This document shows positions 1 to 13,400 of a stretch of DNA of 64,000 bases, piece by piece (within the stretch, counting starts at the first letter, position 1; each line of letters begins with the position of its first letter). The stretch is taken from assembly GCA_965228855.1 (NCBI GenBank), contig CBDDIJ010000003.1:2976001-3040000 (forward strand), written 5' to 3'. Made by a program: the position numbers and the translations under genes. The stretch comes from Candidatus Obscuribacterales bacterium. Its GTDB lineage: Bacteria; Cyanobacteriota; Vampirovibrionia; Obscuribacterales; Obscuribacteraceae. A model generated the notes under the pieces. That model saw nothing but the letters and a program-made list of their open reading frames with translations, ran no database searches and was not told the origin of the DNA.

Positions 1-61
1 CACGAGCACCGTTTGACCTGGCCGCTTGAATCGAATGAAATATGGAACGAGGTGCTTGAAG

Positions 62-1051
62 CTACATCCGCCCCCAGAAGGGATTGATACTGTGGGAGAA
101 ATGCGTCACCGCGCGGCGTGCCGTCTCGGCATTCACAAAGGCAATATCGGTGTCGTGCTGTTCGCGGGGGCTGACGTTGTCGAAAAGCATCGTATCCATC
201 AACGTCGGTTTCTTAAAAAAGGGAATCAAAAATTGTTCCGTCGATTCAAACCGCTCACCCTCGTTGAATGGTTCAAAATCTACAACCCGCAAATTGGTCA
301 CGGCAAAAGCATGGACATCGAGTTGATCCACTTCATTCAGTTTCCAAATCACGCACCTTGCGTTGGAGTGTTCGGACTCACTGAGCAATCTGCCGGCCGA
401 AGCGCAGCTTTCCAGCACGCCCTGCTTACCGGAGATAAACGTGCGAGCCTCTCCTTTGTTGACATATGCGGTCACAATTACTTCTTCGTTCGCATTGATG
501 ACTTGAACACAACCTGCTCCACCCGCCGCTTTCAACTCATCGATAGCAAGAAGAAACGTGCGGCGCGGAGAGCGCATTGATTTGATCGTGCTCTGACCAT
601 ATAGTGTGGATGCCATCCCGTATGCGGTGGCATTGTTCAACAAACTGAGATTGAACGTGCAATCACTTTCTTTCAATACCATGAGAAGCTCTTGCAAGGC
701 ACCCTCGCCGAGAGTAGCCTGAGCATGTCCTCTACGCCGGAACGTGCAGGAGATACCTCGACCATTCATAGTAATTAAAGTGGCTCGCGCCTTTAAATTG
801 TCGGAGGCAACGTGCAAAGCGCATGTGATACCACGCGCCTGAATATAGTGAAACAGCTGGCGAAAACGAATATTTCGCGCCAGTATCACCTTCAGACCGA
901 AGAGGTCCTTTTCAAACGAGATGCCACCAATGAAGCGGCGGCAATCTCCTTTATGGCGGTTTGGATTAGTAAGAATTCTTCGGAGGCGCGTAACTTCTTG
1001 CCTCTTCTGGTAAGCGTGCAACCGGTTTAACATGTATTCCCTCACAGGCAT
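62..1051 (-). CDS. Hypothetical protein, possibly two DUF4388/PATAN-like repeats
   Basis: 329-aa ORF divergent from the giant gene. Segments FRQLFHYIQARGITCALHV...LITMNG and FLLAIDELKAAGGAGCVQV...AYVNKG loosely follow the helix-TGxLxI-xFxxG pattern. Confidence 0.55.
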   Translation of the reverse strand: MPVREYMLNRLHAYQKRQEVTRLRRILTNPNRHKGDCRRFIGGISFEKDLFGLKVILARNIRFRQLFHYIQARGITCALHVASDNLKARATLITMNGRGISCTFRRRGHAQATLGEGALQELLMVLKESDCTFNLSLLNNATAYGMASTLYGQSTIKSMRSPRRTFLLAIDELKAAGGAGCVQVINANEEVIVTAYVNKGEARTFISGKQGVLESCASAGRLLSESEHSNARCVIWKLNEVDQLDVHAFAVTNLRVVDFEPFNEGERFESTEQFLIPFFKKPTLMDTMLFDNVSPREQHDTDIAFVNAETARRAVTHFSHSINPFWGRM

Positions 1052-1407
1052 CGCCGAATGCGAATGCCGCAGCCTATCACTATAAGCTTCAACAAGTGGG
1101 ACTATATTAACGTTAATTTGTGACCATTTAGTAGCCTCGCCATCTTTCAGCGCTCATTATTCATGCGGTTTTTCCCACTGCCTGACGAACTTCGCCTTTT
1201 CCTCAAACTCACGCGCCCTGTTGGACGTAAGTAGTCAGTAGATGTTACTCTTTTCGGCTGGATCAGCCATCCGGTGGGAGCCGAGCTAAACAAACGCTCA
1301 CTTTCCCGAGAGGCTGAGATGGCGCCTGGAAGCCCATCAACTACAAGAGCGATGCAATGCGCGTCGCTTTGGCGCATTCGCATCATCATGTCAAACGGAG
1401 CGTTCGT

Positions 1408-4400
1408 ATGAAGACTACCGGTAAACCATCGAAATCCTTGCACATTGAATCGAGTGGATTCGGCAAGAAGTTCGTGATTCTCTGGGTTTTAGCCTCATTC
1501 CTTGTATCGAATTCTCCAGCCTACGCCAGCCGAGAAGATCGGCTAGATCAAGTGCGCGCAGACCGGCACGAGCGTCGAGAAGAACGCCTGCAACTCCGTG
1601 CGGAACGCATGGCCGAGCGCATCGCGCTTCCATCCTTGAACAACCAGATACCGCAGATCAAGCTGGCACCAGTCTTTCAAAACAGCCAGAATTCTAACCA
1701 GTTAAATACATTAGAACAGCGCAGAATGGAACGCGCCAATCTCATAACCGCAAAACGCGAAGCTCGAGCAACCGCATTGCAAAATCGGCTTTCCGCGGTG
1801 AATCAGATTTCGAATAAAACTATCCAGACTCAAGACTCAGGACGCACACGCAACATCAATGCGGGTCTGAAACTAGACTTGAGTTCCGCGCAAAATAACA
1901 TTGTTCTCGGGCAAAAATTATTTTCCGGAGATGCTGATTCGGTCACCATCACTGTAGGTGGCGAAGAGAAAACGTTCACAGCCGGCTCCAAAGTGACGGC
2001 AGCTGAGTACGCGTCAATACTCCAAACACTTAACGGCGGTCAGACACTGACCCTCGATAGCAAAGGGACCGCCCTCAGCGGTAAGCTCGATTTCGAAACA
2101 ATAACTTCAAACGGCGACAATTTGAAGCTGTCATCGCTGGTGATACCAGAGCAAGTACTCGCAGTTGGAAACTTTTCCAAAACTTCGGATGTAAAACTTA
2201 AAGGCGACCTCGTTAATTACGGTTCAATCTATGCAGTCTCCAACCGGGATGGCGGCACGAAAGCCACGATCGCAACCACCAATCTGCACAACCAGGAAGG
2301 CGGTTTGATCTCCTCTGTTCCGAACTCTTCTTTAGGGACAGACCTTGCACAAACGCTTGATTTGAAACTGCGTGCAGACGACACGCTTTCGAACGCAGGA
2401 AAAATCGAGAGCTCCGGCGACCTCACTCTGTCTGCTGGAAACGTGGTTGTAAACGGAGATTCCAGAGGTCGTTCTTCATCCACGGCATCCGCAGTTGCGG
2501 CGAACAATTTGATTATCGACGCGCCGAATGTTTCAAACTCTGGTTTGCTCGCTGCTCAAAATGGAAACGTGAACTTCACGGCGCCAGTGGATGCGAATCA
2601 TGATGGTTCAATTACTGTAAACAATGCAAACGGGACTATCCAGGCATTAAATGGCGACATCAATTTCCGAGACGCGTCGGCATCTACAACAGAAAAATTC
2701 TCCACCACAGTGAACGGTGGTGACTTGCTGTCACAGAAGTTGAACGTCTACGGCGGTGACGGAGCAGTAAACGTTCACTCGCAAAACATCACCGGCGGTG
2801 TCACGGTCAAATCCGGTACCGCATTCGTTTCCGCAGCGGCCAGTGACCTTGATATTGACGAACTTGTAACGACCGGCGACCCAGTAACGGCTTCGGGCGG
2901 CAATGTGAACGTCGGAAGCATTACAACCAGCGGCAATCCATACACCGTGATAGCTGGCGGTGACATTACTTTCGACCCTAGTGCGGTGGTCAACACAAGC
3001 AACGGTGCTGGAGCGGGCGGCAACGTGATCTTAGCTGCAGGCGCCAACTTCACGACTGGCGGCGGCGTGTATCAGATAACCGGAGGCACCGCTGCTGGTG
3101 GCGGAATTTACGGCAATAGTAACGCTCAAATAATAACAAGTGGAACCTCAAGCGCTGGAAATGTTCAGCTAGTCGCATTTACAGGCTCGGGCGGCGGGTC
3201 AGGCACCATCTACCTGCCGACAGAAACAGTGACGGCAAATAGCGGTGCCGGTAACAATAACGCAACAGTGACAGCAATTGGCAATTTCATTGAGATCGCC
3301 GGAGTGACAGCGACCGGCGGCAATGCAACCACCGGCGGCGTCATCCTCAATTCGTTCGGAGCAACTGTATCCGGTGGCAATGTAGTCATTGATGGTACTA
3401 CTGGCGCACAGATGGGTGTCGGCTCCTTCCAGCCGGCGACCTCAACCGCAAACCCAGGCGACATTCTCGTAGGACCAATTAACACGACAGGCACAGTAGC
3501 GCTGAGTTCGAGCAACAATCTCGTGATTCGAGGAAATGCCAATGCACGGGGCTTCTCAGCAACGGCAATCAATGACATTGGTCTCGACGGTTCCGCTGCA
3601 ATAACTTCCCCTAACGGCATAACAATTGTTGCCGGAAACAACGTTTATCTATCCCCTTTCTCTGCTCCGTCAGCCGCTTCGTTGAACACGGATGCTGCCG
3701 TCGCTGGAGCTATCACTGTGATAGGCGGCGCCTTGTTTACGGAGACAGCCGGAACGGTCAGCGTTAGCGGAATACGCGGCGATGGTGGTTATGTCGACTT
3801 CAACTACATCGATATTCTGGGCATATCGGCGAACAGCTCAGCCGGGGCAGGCGGCAACATTAACATCGCCTCCTACGGCCAAGTCAGCATCAACAGCGTA
3901 GCTGGAATTACAGCTACGGGTTCCGGCGCTAACGCGAACGGAGACATCACTCTAGTTGGCGCTGAAGGCTTGGGTGTTTACTCGGTATTTGTCGAGAACA
4001 ACATCGTAAACAATGCCGGCACCGGCGGTGGCAATTTCGTCGCCGCATCGTCGACACCATTGGCGGTGACAGTTAGCAAAACAAACGGAAGCGTGACTGG
4101 AACCTTGACCGGCGGCAGTCAGACGGCAGGCGACATCTTTATCCAAAACGTCAATGTGCGAGGCAGCATCTCTGCAAACGGCGGCGGATACCTGTCCACC
4201 GGCACACTCAATGGAACAAGCGTCACACTAGGCTCTGGTCGTGGAATCGATGTAGGCAACATCACAGCGAGTGGTGCGGTGACGGCAACCTCCAGTGACT
4301 ATGCTGTATTCGCGAACGTAACGGCAACCGGCAATGCATTCAACGTGACGGCAACAGGCGAAGTGAGCCTGGGAACGACAAATGTCGGTAGCTTGTCGGT

Positions 4401-7400
4401 CGCATCAGGTGACGACATCGTCATCCGCAGCAACCTCACCTCGCCGGGCGGCATTGCGTTAGTCGCTAGCCGTTCCATATTCACAAACGTTCCTAACCTG
4501 GTGATCTCGACGGCAGCGAACGCAGGCGGCGGCAACGTCATCATGGCTGCGGGTGCTGCTTGGACTTCCACAGCTACCACAATTACGGTCACCGGAGCCG
4601 GTATCGGAGGTAGCATCGATTTCTTCGGACAACCGCTTGATACGCTAACAACCCGCTCTCTCACAGGCAACAACAACGGTGGCGACGTCACAATGGTGGC
4701 GTTCGGCGGCAACATCAGCACTAATACCACCACAGACATCATCACAGGCGGTACCGGCACGGGCAGCAACGGCAACGTGACAATGATCTCCAACGCTACT
4801 GGCACTGCGTTGAACCTCTCCGGCACCATTAACACCACGGGCGGCACCACCGCTAGTGGAAGCGTTTCACTCACGACTGCAACTCCGAACACAAGTCCGG
4901 CAGTCGTTATCCAACGAGCATCCGCAACGACGTCTTCAGGCAATTTCAGCATCGCGAACCCCACGCTGACGAACGGTGCGATTCAGATAGACGGAACGAT
5001 CACCGTCGGCAGTGCTGACATTATTGCTCAAGCGGGTTTCGACATTTTGGCTAGCGCAACTCTGACTTCAGCGACCGGAGCTATCAATTTGAGTTCCGGA
5101 GTGTTTCTCAACGCAGCGACTATTAACGCCGGTTCCGGAAGCATCGCGCTCACTTCCACAGATAACATAAGCTTGAACGGCAACCTCTCAGCCCGCTCGG
5201 GAATTCTTCTTGTCTCCGGACACAACGTCTTCCCAGGGTCGGCCGGACTATCAATCACCACTGGCGGCGCTGGAACTTCAGGCGACATCACCATGATCGC
5301 TGGCGCAGCGTTCACCCAAAACGCATCTAGTGTCACCGTGACCGGAGCTTCCACTACAGGTGGACAGATAGATTTTGACTTCAACGATCTGTCTGGTCTG
5401 ACAACCGCAAGCACATCCGGCGACGGAGCTGGTGGCGACGTAACGCTGGTTGCATTCACGGGAACAGACAATAGAGGCGGCGTTCTGATGGACCCCACCG
5501 TTGGTTCAATTACGACCGGCGGAAATGGAGCGGGTGCAAACGGAAACGTTCTGATCATCGCAGGAGCGACAACCGGCACAGGTGTTTTACTTAGAAACGT
5601 CAACACCACAGGTGGTGCGGTCACCACAGGGAATGTTGATATCAGAACGGCCACTCCGACGACCAGCACACCTGTCGTATATAACAAGAGTGATGCGACG
5701 CTCGCATCAGGCAACTTTGCAAACGCACCGGTAGCGACCGATTCATCTGTCACGTTTGACACCATTACGGTAGCCTCAGATGCTGACGTCCGCATCAACG
5801 GCGGCGACATTATCGGCACCAGCCTCGTCGGCGGAGCAAACTCGGTCTTAAACATCAACTCTACCGGCAACGTCAACATAACTAATGCAATCAATCTCGG
5901 CACCGCGAATATCACTTCGACCGACGATGTAACGGTATCGCTCTCTCAAGGTGGAAGCGGCAGCGCAACGATTTCCGGCGACAATGTCAACCTTGGAAAT
6001 TCGACCACTGGCACTCTCAGAGTAAGCGGAAGCTTTGTAGGTCTCAACTCGCTCACTGCGGCTAACACGGCAGTAACATCGACAAGCGACATCGCGTTGA
6101 ACGCGAGCATCACATCACCAGGCGGCATTCTGCTGGTCGCCGGTCAGGATATCTACTCGGCGCTCGCAGGAATCAACATCTCTTCAGCATCGGCGTCTAC
6201 CAACGGGGGAGCGATCAGTATCATCGCCGGAGCTAACTTCACCCAGGACCTGACGACAGTCACCGTCACCGGTGCCTCCACAACGGGAGGAAACATTGAC
6301 TTCGACTTCAATAATGTTGGAACGATCAGTTCACGCAGCACATTTACGAACGGCAATGGTGGCGCGATAAACCTGATCGCGTTTGATGGCACCAATGATT
6401 TCTCTTTCGTCTTCACCGACTCGACAACTCAAATCCTCACAGGCGGAAGTGGAACGGGCAGTAATGGCAGCGTAACAGTCATAGGCGGCGGTTCCGCAAA
6501 CGATGTAGTATTCCTGGGCAACATAGACACAACCGGCGGCAATGCCACCACTGGTAATGTCTATCTCGCCGCAGGCGTACCTGACACGACGCCTTCCGTA
6601 GTGCTTCAAAAGAGCAACGCAACTATAAGCTCAGGCAACTTCGCAGACGTCGTTACGCTCAATCCAGCAAATGTGACAGCTGGCAACATCACAGTCTCGT
6701 CAGATGCGGATGTCACACTCAACGCAGGAGCGCTCGTTGATGTAGGCGCGGTCACTGGCGGAGCAAACTCAGTTCTCACCATCAATGCTGGTACGACGAC
6801 AGACCTGCTGTCCTCCACGGTGGGTCACATAACAATCACATCAGGCTCAGACGTCACCATTGCCGGCACAATCAATCAAGGTGCAGCCGGCTCACTCGAT
6901 ATCACGTCTGGCGGTCTGACGCAGGTTCTTCAACTAACTAGCGGAACAGCCAGAATTGCCAGCGTCGGAGATCTATTTATTGGCGGACCAGTCGTCATCA
7001 CGAACTCCTTCGTTGCAACTTCGCAGGGCTACATCGATCTGGACAACGACATCACAGCCAGAGGCGGTATAGTCCTCGTCGCCGGCCGCACAATCTCAGC
7101 GAACACCAGCAACGTCGTCGATCTGTCCACGGCAGGAACCGGTAACTCCGGTGACATCACACTGATCGCCGGAGCTGCATTCACTCAGAACGGCACAACG
7201 ATAACAGTCACGGGCGGTTCTGCACTCGGTGGAATCATCGATTTCGATATCCAAAACGTTAATTCGATTGACTCAAGAAGTACTGGTGGAAACGGAGCCG
7301 GCGGTGACGTCACTCTCTTGGCCTTTGCCGGTTCGGATCCAGGCACCGGTCAAGTGTTCACCGCGGTTGAAACTGTCATCAACACTGGCGGCAACGGCAG

Positions 7401-10400
7401 CGGAGCAAATGGTTCATTTACCGCTATCGGCAACATTCCCACAGCGGGAGGATTTTACGGAGCAGCCATAGCTGGTCCTCTCAGCACCGCAGGAGGTGCG
7501 GTCAATACGGGCGACGTTTACATTGCAGCAGCACAGATTCCTTCACCAGTTTCAATTACGAAGGCTGACGCTTCCGTGTCGAGCACTTTGACAGGTGGAA
7601 CCGTCACCCCAGGCTACGTCTTCACAGGAGACATCACGGTCGCAAACGGAGCCGATGTGACGTTACGCGCTGGTGGCGACGTAGACACTGACGTCGTGAC
7701 AGCCGGAGCTAATTCGGTGCTCAACATCAACGCTGGTGGAGCGTCGACGATTGAATCGTCAAACGCCGGAACTGTGAACATTACAGCAGGCAATTTTGTC
7801 ACCGCAGGAACCTTCAATCAGGGAACAAGTGGCGTCCTCAATATCACCGCCGGCTCGGACCTCTCGGTCGATCAAATCAACACTGGCAACGCGAGGTTAT
7901 CGGCAAACGGCATTCTGATTCTTTTGAACACCGTCACCGCATCCGGCAGCGTAGTCGGTTTGGGTCAGGGCGGCATAACACTGGCAAACGACATCACTGC
8001 GCCAGGGGGAATATTACTGGTATCTGGTCGAGACATTGCGCCGACAGTACCGGGGGTTGTGGACCTTTCAACTTCCAGAACCGGTAACGCAGGAGACATC
8101 ACTCTCATTGCCGGTGCGGCTTACACTAGCGACGCGACTAACGTCACTATCACGGGCGGCTCCGCAACCGGCGGCGGCATCGACTTCGACTTCAACGCCG
8201 TCAATACAATCGATACCCGTAGTACCGGTGCCAACGGGGCAGGCGGCGACCTGACCATGATCGGCTTCGCAGGTTCATTCAGTGGCAGCGGATACGTGTT
8301 CACTGACACGGCCGGTGAAATCAGAACAGGCGGTTCGGGAACCGGAGCGAACGGAAACGTCACCGTGGTCGCTGGTAACAACGCCGGCTTCGCAGTCGGT
8401 CTGCGTGGGCTGGTCGACACCACCGGCGGTGCAGCGGGAACAGGAAATGTTTACGCTGCTGCAGCAACTCCCGACACGACTCCGGCAGTTATCATCGCCA
8501 AGAGCAATGCATCAATAACGTCCGGTGATTTCACAACCGGAGCTATCGTCAATGGTGATTCCTTTGTGGACAATGTCATCGTCGGAGCGGGCGCTGACAT
8601 TACTCTTTTTGGCGGAGGCTTCGGCTCCATAACCGACTTGACCGGTGGTGCCAACTCGTCGATCCTGGCCTCCTACGGTGGCGCAATTGATACTAGAGAC
8701 GTATCGCTCGGCGCAGGCGGAAATCTCTCGCTGCTAACGAACCTGTTTATTCGTTTGAACGGAGACGTCAGCGCCCCGGGCGGCATTCTAATGGTCGCTG
8801 GAACTGACATATTCAGTTCCGTCCTTGCTGCTTCGATTTCCGCTGATAGCGCGACTGGGAACGCTGGTGACATTTCACTAGTTGCAGGAGCGACCTTCAC
8901 GCAAAACGCGACTGACGTCACCATCACCGGTGCCACAGCTACAGGTGGCCGTATTGATTTCGACGCCTTCAATCTCGCGGCGCTGACTGCAAACTCGGGT
9001 GGCGGAAACGGCGCCGGTGGCGATATAACGCTGGTTTCACTGTTCGGCACCAACAATACCGGTGAAGTGTTCACAGATTCAACAACTGTTATAAACGCCG
9101 GCGGCAACGGAACAGGAAGCAATGGAACGCTCACGATCGTCAGTGCGAAAAACAATGGCGCTTCCGGCATCTTCTTGAACAACAGCATCAACCTTTCCGG
9201 CGGTGCTCAGGGAACCGGCGCGATCACGCTTTCAACCTCCAGTCTTCCCGGTTCAGTCACGCTCGCAAAAGCAACCGGCTCGATTACGGCTGGAACCTTC
9301 CTTGGTGGAGCGTTAACCAACAGTTCAATCAACGGAAACAATCTTACTGTCAGAGGCGGAGCGATCAACATCCGCTCGGGTGACAGCGTAGCCTTCAATG
9401 CACTCGATGTGAGTGGCAACGTGAATGGCAACGGAGGTTCAATTGTTGTAAGCACAGCAGGAGCGACCGCGCTGGATCTCGGCGGCGCGTTCGGAAACAG
9501 AATCAATTCACTGACAGCAGCTGGTGGTTCCACTTCCGGCAACGGCGGTTCGATTAGTGCCACTGCGACCGGTGCAGGCGGCATCAATATAAGCACGCCG
9601 CTGAATGTTGGCGCAATTGAAGGCAATGGTGGTTCCATACTCTTGAACGCAACCAACGGCGATCTGACATTCGCCGGCGGCACAGCGACTATAAACGCCT
9701 CGGCGGCAACGAACAGCGCCACCGCGCACGCCGGTGGTTCAATCACACTGACAGGACGCAACATAACCGGTTCAAATCCATTCCAGCTCCTGGCCAACGG
9801 CGTCTCCGGCGGCAACGGCGGACAGATCTCCGTGACTTCGACGGTCGGCGATATTAACGTAGGAACTGGCAACGGTCAGTTCAGCGCCTCGGCAAGCGGT
9901 CCAAACGGAGTCATCTCGTTTTCCGCGACTGGCGCAGGAGGTGACATCAACGTCCTAGCCACAGGCGCTCTCTCCACGTCAACCGTCAACCTATCATCCG
10001 CGCAAGGAACTCTGGTGTTGAACGGTAACGTCACTGGTTCTACAGCAGTCAATCTCACTGTCGCCGGAGCGAACAGCATCACCGGTACAGGAACCGTATC
10101 CGGTGGCACCCTCTCTGTAAGCGCAGGAACCGGCGCAACCACATTGACGACGAGTGTTGCGAGTTTGACGTTGGCAACCAACGGCAATGTCACAATTACT
10201 GAGAACGATGACATCACTCTCAACGCCGGAACGACCGGTGCAGGCAGCCTGAATCTCAATGCGACCGGCGACGATATCACGGTAGGCGGCAACGTGACGG
10301 CGAACGGAGGTATCACACTGACGACCACAGGAGCCGGAACCATCAGTGGTGCCGGCAGATTGATCTCGACAGGTCTATTGACGTTGAACGGCGGCTCCGG

Positions 10401-13400
10401 AGCTATCAACATCAACACAGACGTAGCCACTCTGGCAGCAGCATCTACCGGTTCTCTTACGATAGCCGAACTAAACAACATCACGTTGAACGCGATCACT
10501 GCATCCTCCGTAGACGTCACAGCTGGAAACGGCATCGCGCATGGCACGGGCGTCATCGCATCAGGCTCTGTAAACCTTTCAGCTCTTGGCGGTGACATCG
10601 GAGCCTCCGGTAACGCGATCTTGATCAACAATTCCGGCAACCCTGTGGCGCTCACAGCGGATGCCACCGGAGACATCTTCATAACCATCCTTGGAAACAG
10701 CGCCGTCTCGCTGGGCGCAACAACCGGTGACGATATCACTTTGAACTCGAGCGGACCGATAACCACCACCGGCGATATCACAGCCACCGGAACGTTGGAT
10801 ATCACGACGAACTCCCTGACATATCCAAACAACCTGACTGGTGACGTCATAAACGTGCGTAGCCAACCTGGTTCAGGACTGGTTCTTGACGGCGGCGCCG
10901 GCGGCACGATGACGGCTCCGAACGGCATCAATCTAGCTGCCACCTTCGGCAACCTGACTCTGAGCGGAGTTCAAGATTGGTTCGGAGTAACAACACTCAC
11001 CGCTATAAACGCACCCGGATCACAAATCATCATCAGTTCCGGTGCCGATATCGAGGGACACGATGAAGTCGTCATCATAAGCAACGGCATCGACTATCAG
11101 GGCGGCAGTCTCGTCGGCAACCCGATCACGATTCAGAACGACTACTTCACCTTCGCTAACAGTGTCGGCGATATAAATCTGTCGACGGATCTGGTATTCG
11201 CTGGTCAGAACCTAGCCATAATCGCAGCCGGCAACATCAACATAACAGGCACGGTGACTCTACTCAACCTGTCCGACGTCGGTAACTCAGGCGACCTCTT
11301 CCTCGTAGCCGGATACAATTTCACTCCGGGCACAGGCGGACAAGTGATCAGCCCGGTTCAGTTCACCCTGGACGGAGATCAATCGGTCAGCGGAGGTAGT
11401 ATCAACCTCGGTGCCGCAGCCATCAATTTGAGTTCGGTGAACGGAAGTGGCGGAAACCTGACTGCCATCGCGACCAGTGGTAGCACCAACGCTGGATCCA
11501 TCACTCTCGGCGCTATTGATGCGTCCTCGACAAATGGAGCGGGCGGCAACGTCCAGATAATCGGCGAAGGCGGCGTGAACGTCGGCAGCATCAACGCCAT
11601 CGGCGGCACCTCCACAGGAACTGTTGAGTTGGCAGTCGCAGCCTCCACTATCGTCGGTGGAGACATCCTGGTAGCTGACGGCACTGTCACTGGTGGTTCG
11701 TTCCAGGCCGGTGCACTGACATCTGGCAACGTGGTTTTCGGCAATATCGACGGTTCAACGGTCACTCTCAGAGGAGCATCAGCAGCTGCCAATTCGATAT
11801 CTCAAACGGCAGCCACGGCTCTCAGCGCTACATCTCTGAACATCTTCTCCGGCGCCGGTAACGTGAATCTCGCGTTAACCAGCGTGCCCGTGTTGAACGT
11901 GAGCGGTGGTGGAAGCGTTATCGTAAACAACAACACAGCGGTCACGCTGGGAACGCTCACGGGTTCCGCCCTCAACCTCAGCCTCAGTTCAGCAGGCGTA
12001 ATCACGGTTCCGACTGCAGTCAGCGGAATCGGCGGACTGACTCTGTCTGGTACAGCTGGAGTCGGTCTCGACGCTATCACGCTCGGTGGCAACGTTTCCA
12101 CAACCACGACAATCTCTCTGACAGCCAATGGCGGAGCCGATTTGACGCTTGCAAATCGCACTTTGACGTCGTCAAACGTTACACTGGCTAGCACCGCAGG
12201 TGATGTCAATGTTGCAAACACCGGCATCATAAATGCTAGCGGTACTGCCACCGTCGACGCTTTCGACAGTTTCGCCGTGGCAGGCACAATCACGGCTGGC
12301 TCGGTCGTACTGACTTCGGGCGATGACATAGTCACCGGCGATATCACAGGCTCAATCACCGCTCCCAACGGCACTTTCCTCACATCCACAAACGGTGGAA
12401 TCGGTGTCGATGCGAACAATCGATTCATAACAAACTCCACGAATCTGCTTCTGAGAGCAGGAGGTGGTGACGTGTTCGTTCAAAACTTGAGCACCGCAGG
12501 TGTTAACGTCACTGACGTAAGCGCGACGGGAACGGTAGATTTGATCGTCAACGGACCAGTCATCCTGCACGATGTGGCTTCCGGCGGAGGCGACATCAAA
12601 GTAGTTCAGAACGGCATCGGCTCTCTCACCGTTGCAGCGAATGCGAACTTGAACTCGACAGAAGGTGACATCATTCTGCAGAACCTGGACATCAACAAGA
12701 AGACCGGCAAAATCATCATCGATGATGGAGCGCAGATTAAGGCGTCAGGAACAACAGCTGGAGTCGGCGAAGTGTTCATCGCCATGGGTCCTCTGCCCAT
12801 TCCTCCCTACACGGATCGCAAGAAACCACCGAAAGGCGTGACCATAACCGAGACAGGCGGCGCCGGTGTCTTCCTTGGCAAGAAAGGTATCGACACGCGG
12901 AAGGAAACCAATATCGCTCTCAACGCGCTCAACAGAGATCTGGTTTTCAGTCTCAGCGGTAAGTTGAATAAGAAAGCGATTCATGTCGGCTCGAATGTCA
13001 CCATCACGGCTGACCCACCCGGTGACATCGTTCCTACAGCCGCAGGATTGAGCGCAAGATCAAGTGCCGGATTAAACGCCGTCAGTGCGATCGCGCCGCT
13101 TACAGAGACATCAACTTCAGCCCCTGCCACTACAGCCGGTATCGGACTGAACTCCGGCATCCTATCAGCGGTCAATACAGGGGTGGTTCAAACGCTCAAC
13201 AACTCGATTACAAACAGCCTCACGTCGAGCACGTTTTCAAACGCACAAGCAGGATTGACGTCCACCGGATTGGCGACAGACGACTCAACCAAATCGTCCT
13301 CGGCTCTGTTGTCAGAGAAATCATTCACTGGCACACAGGATGCCCTATCTGCCATCTTCGGCGATGAAACCGACGAGTTCGGCTCAGTCTTGGTTGATGC

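Noticed and set aside
26..580. 184-aa plus-strand ORF
   Set aside because: It largely overlaps the longer minus-strand ORF 62-1051, has a TTG start and shows no recognisable motif.
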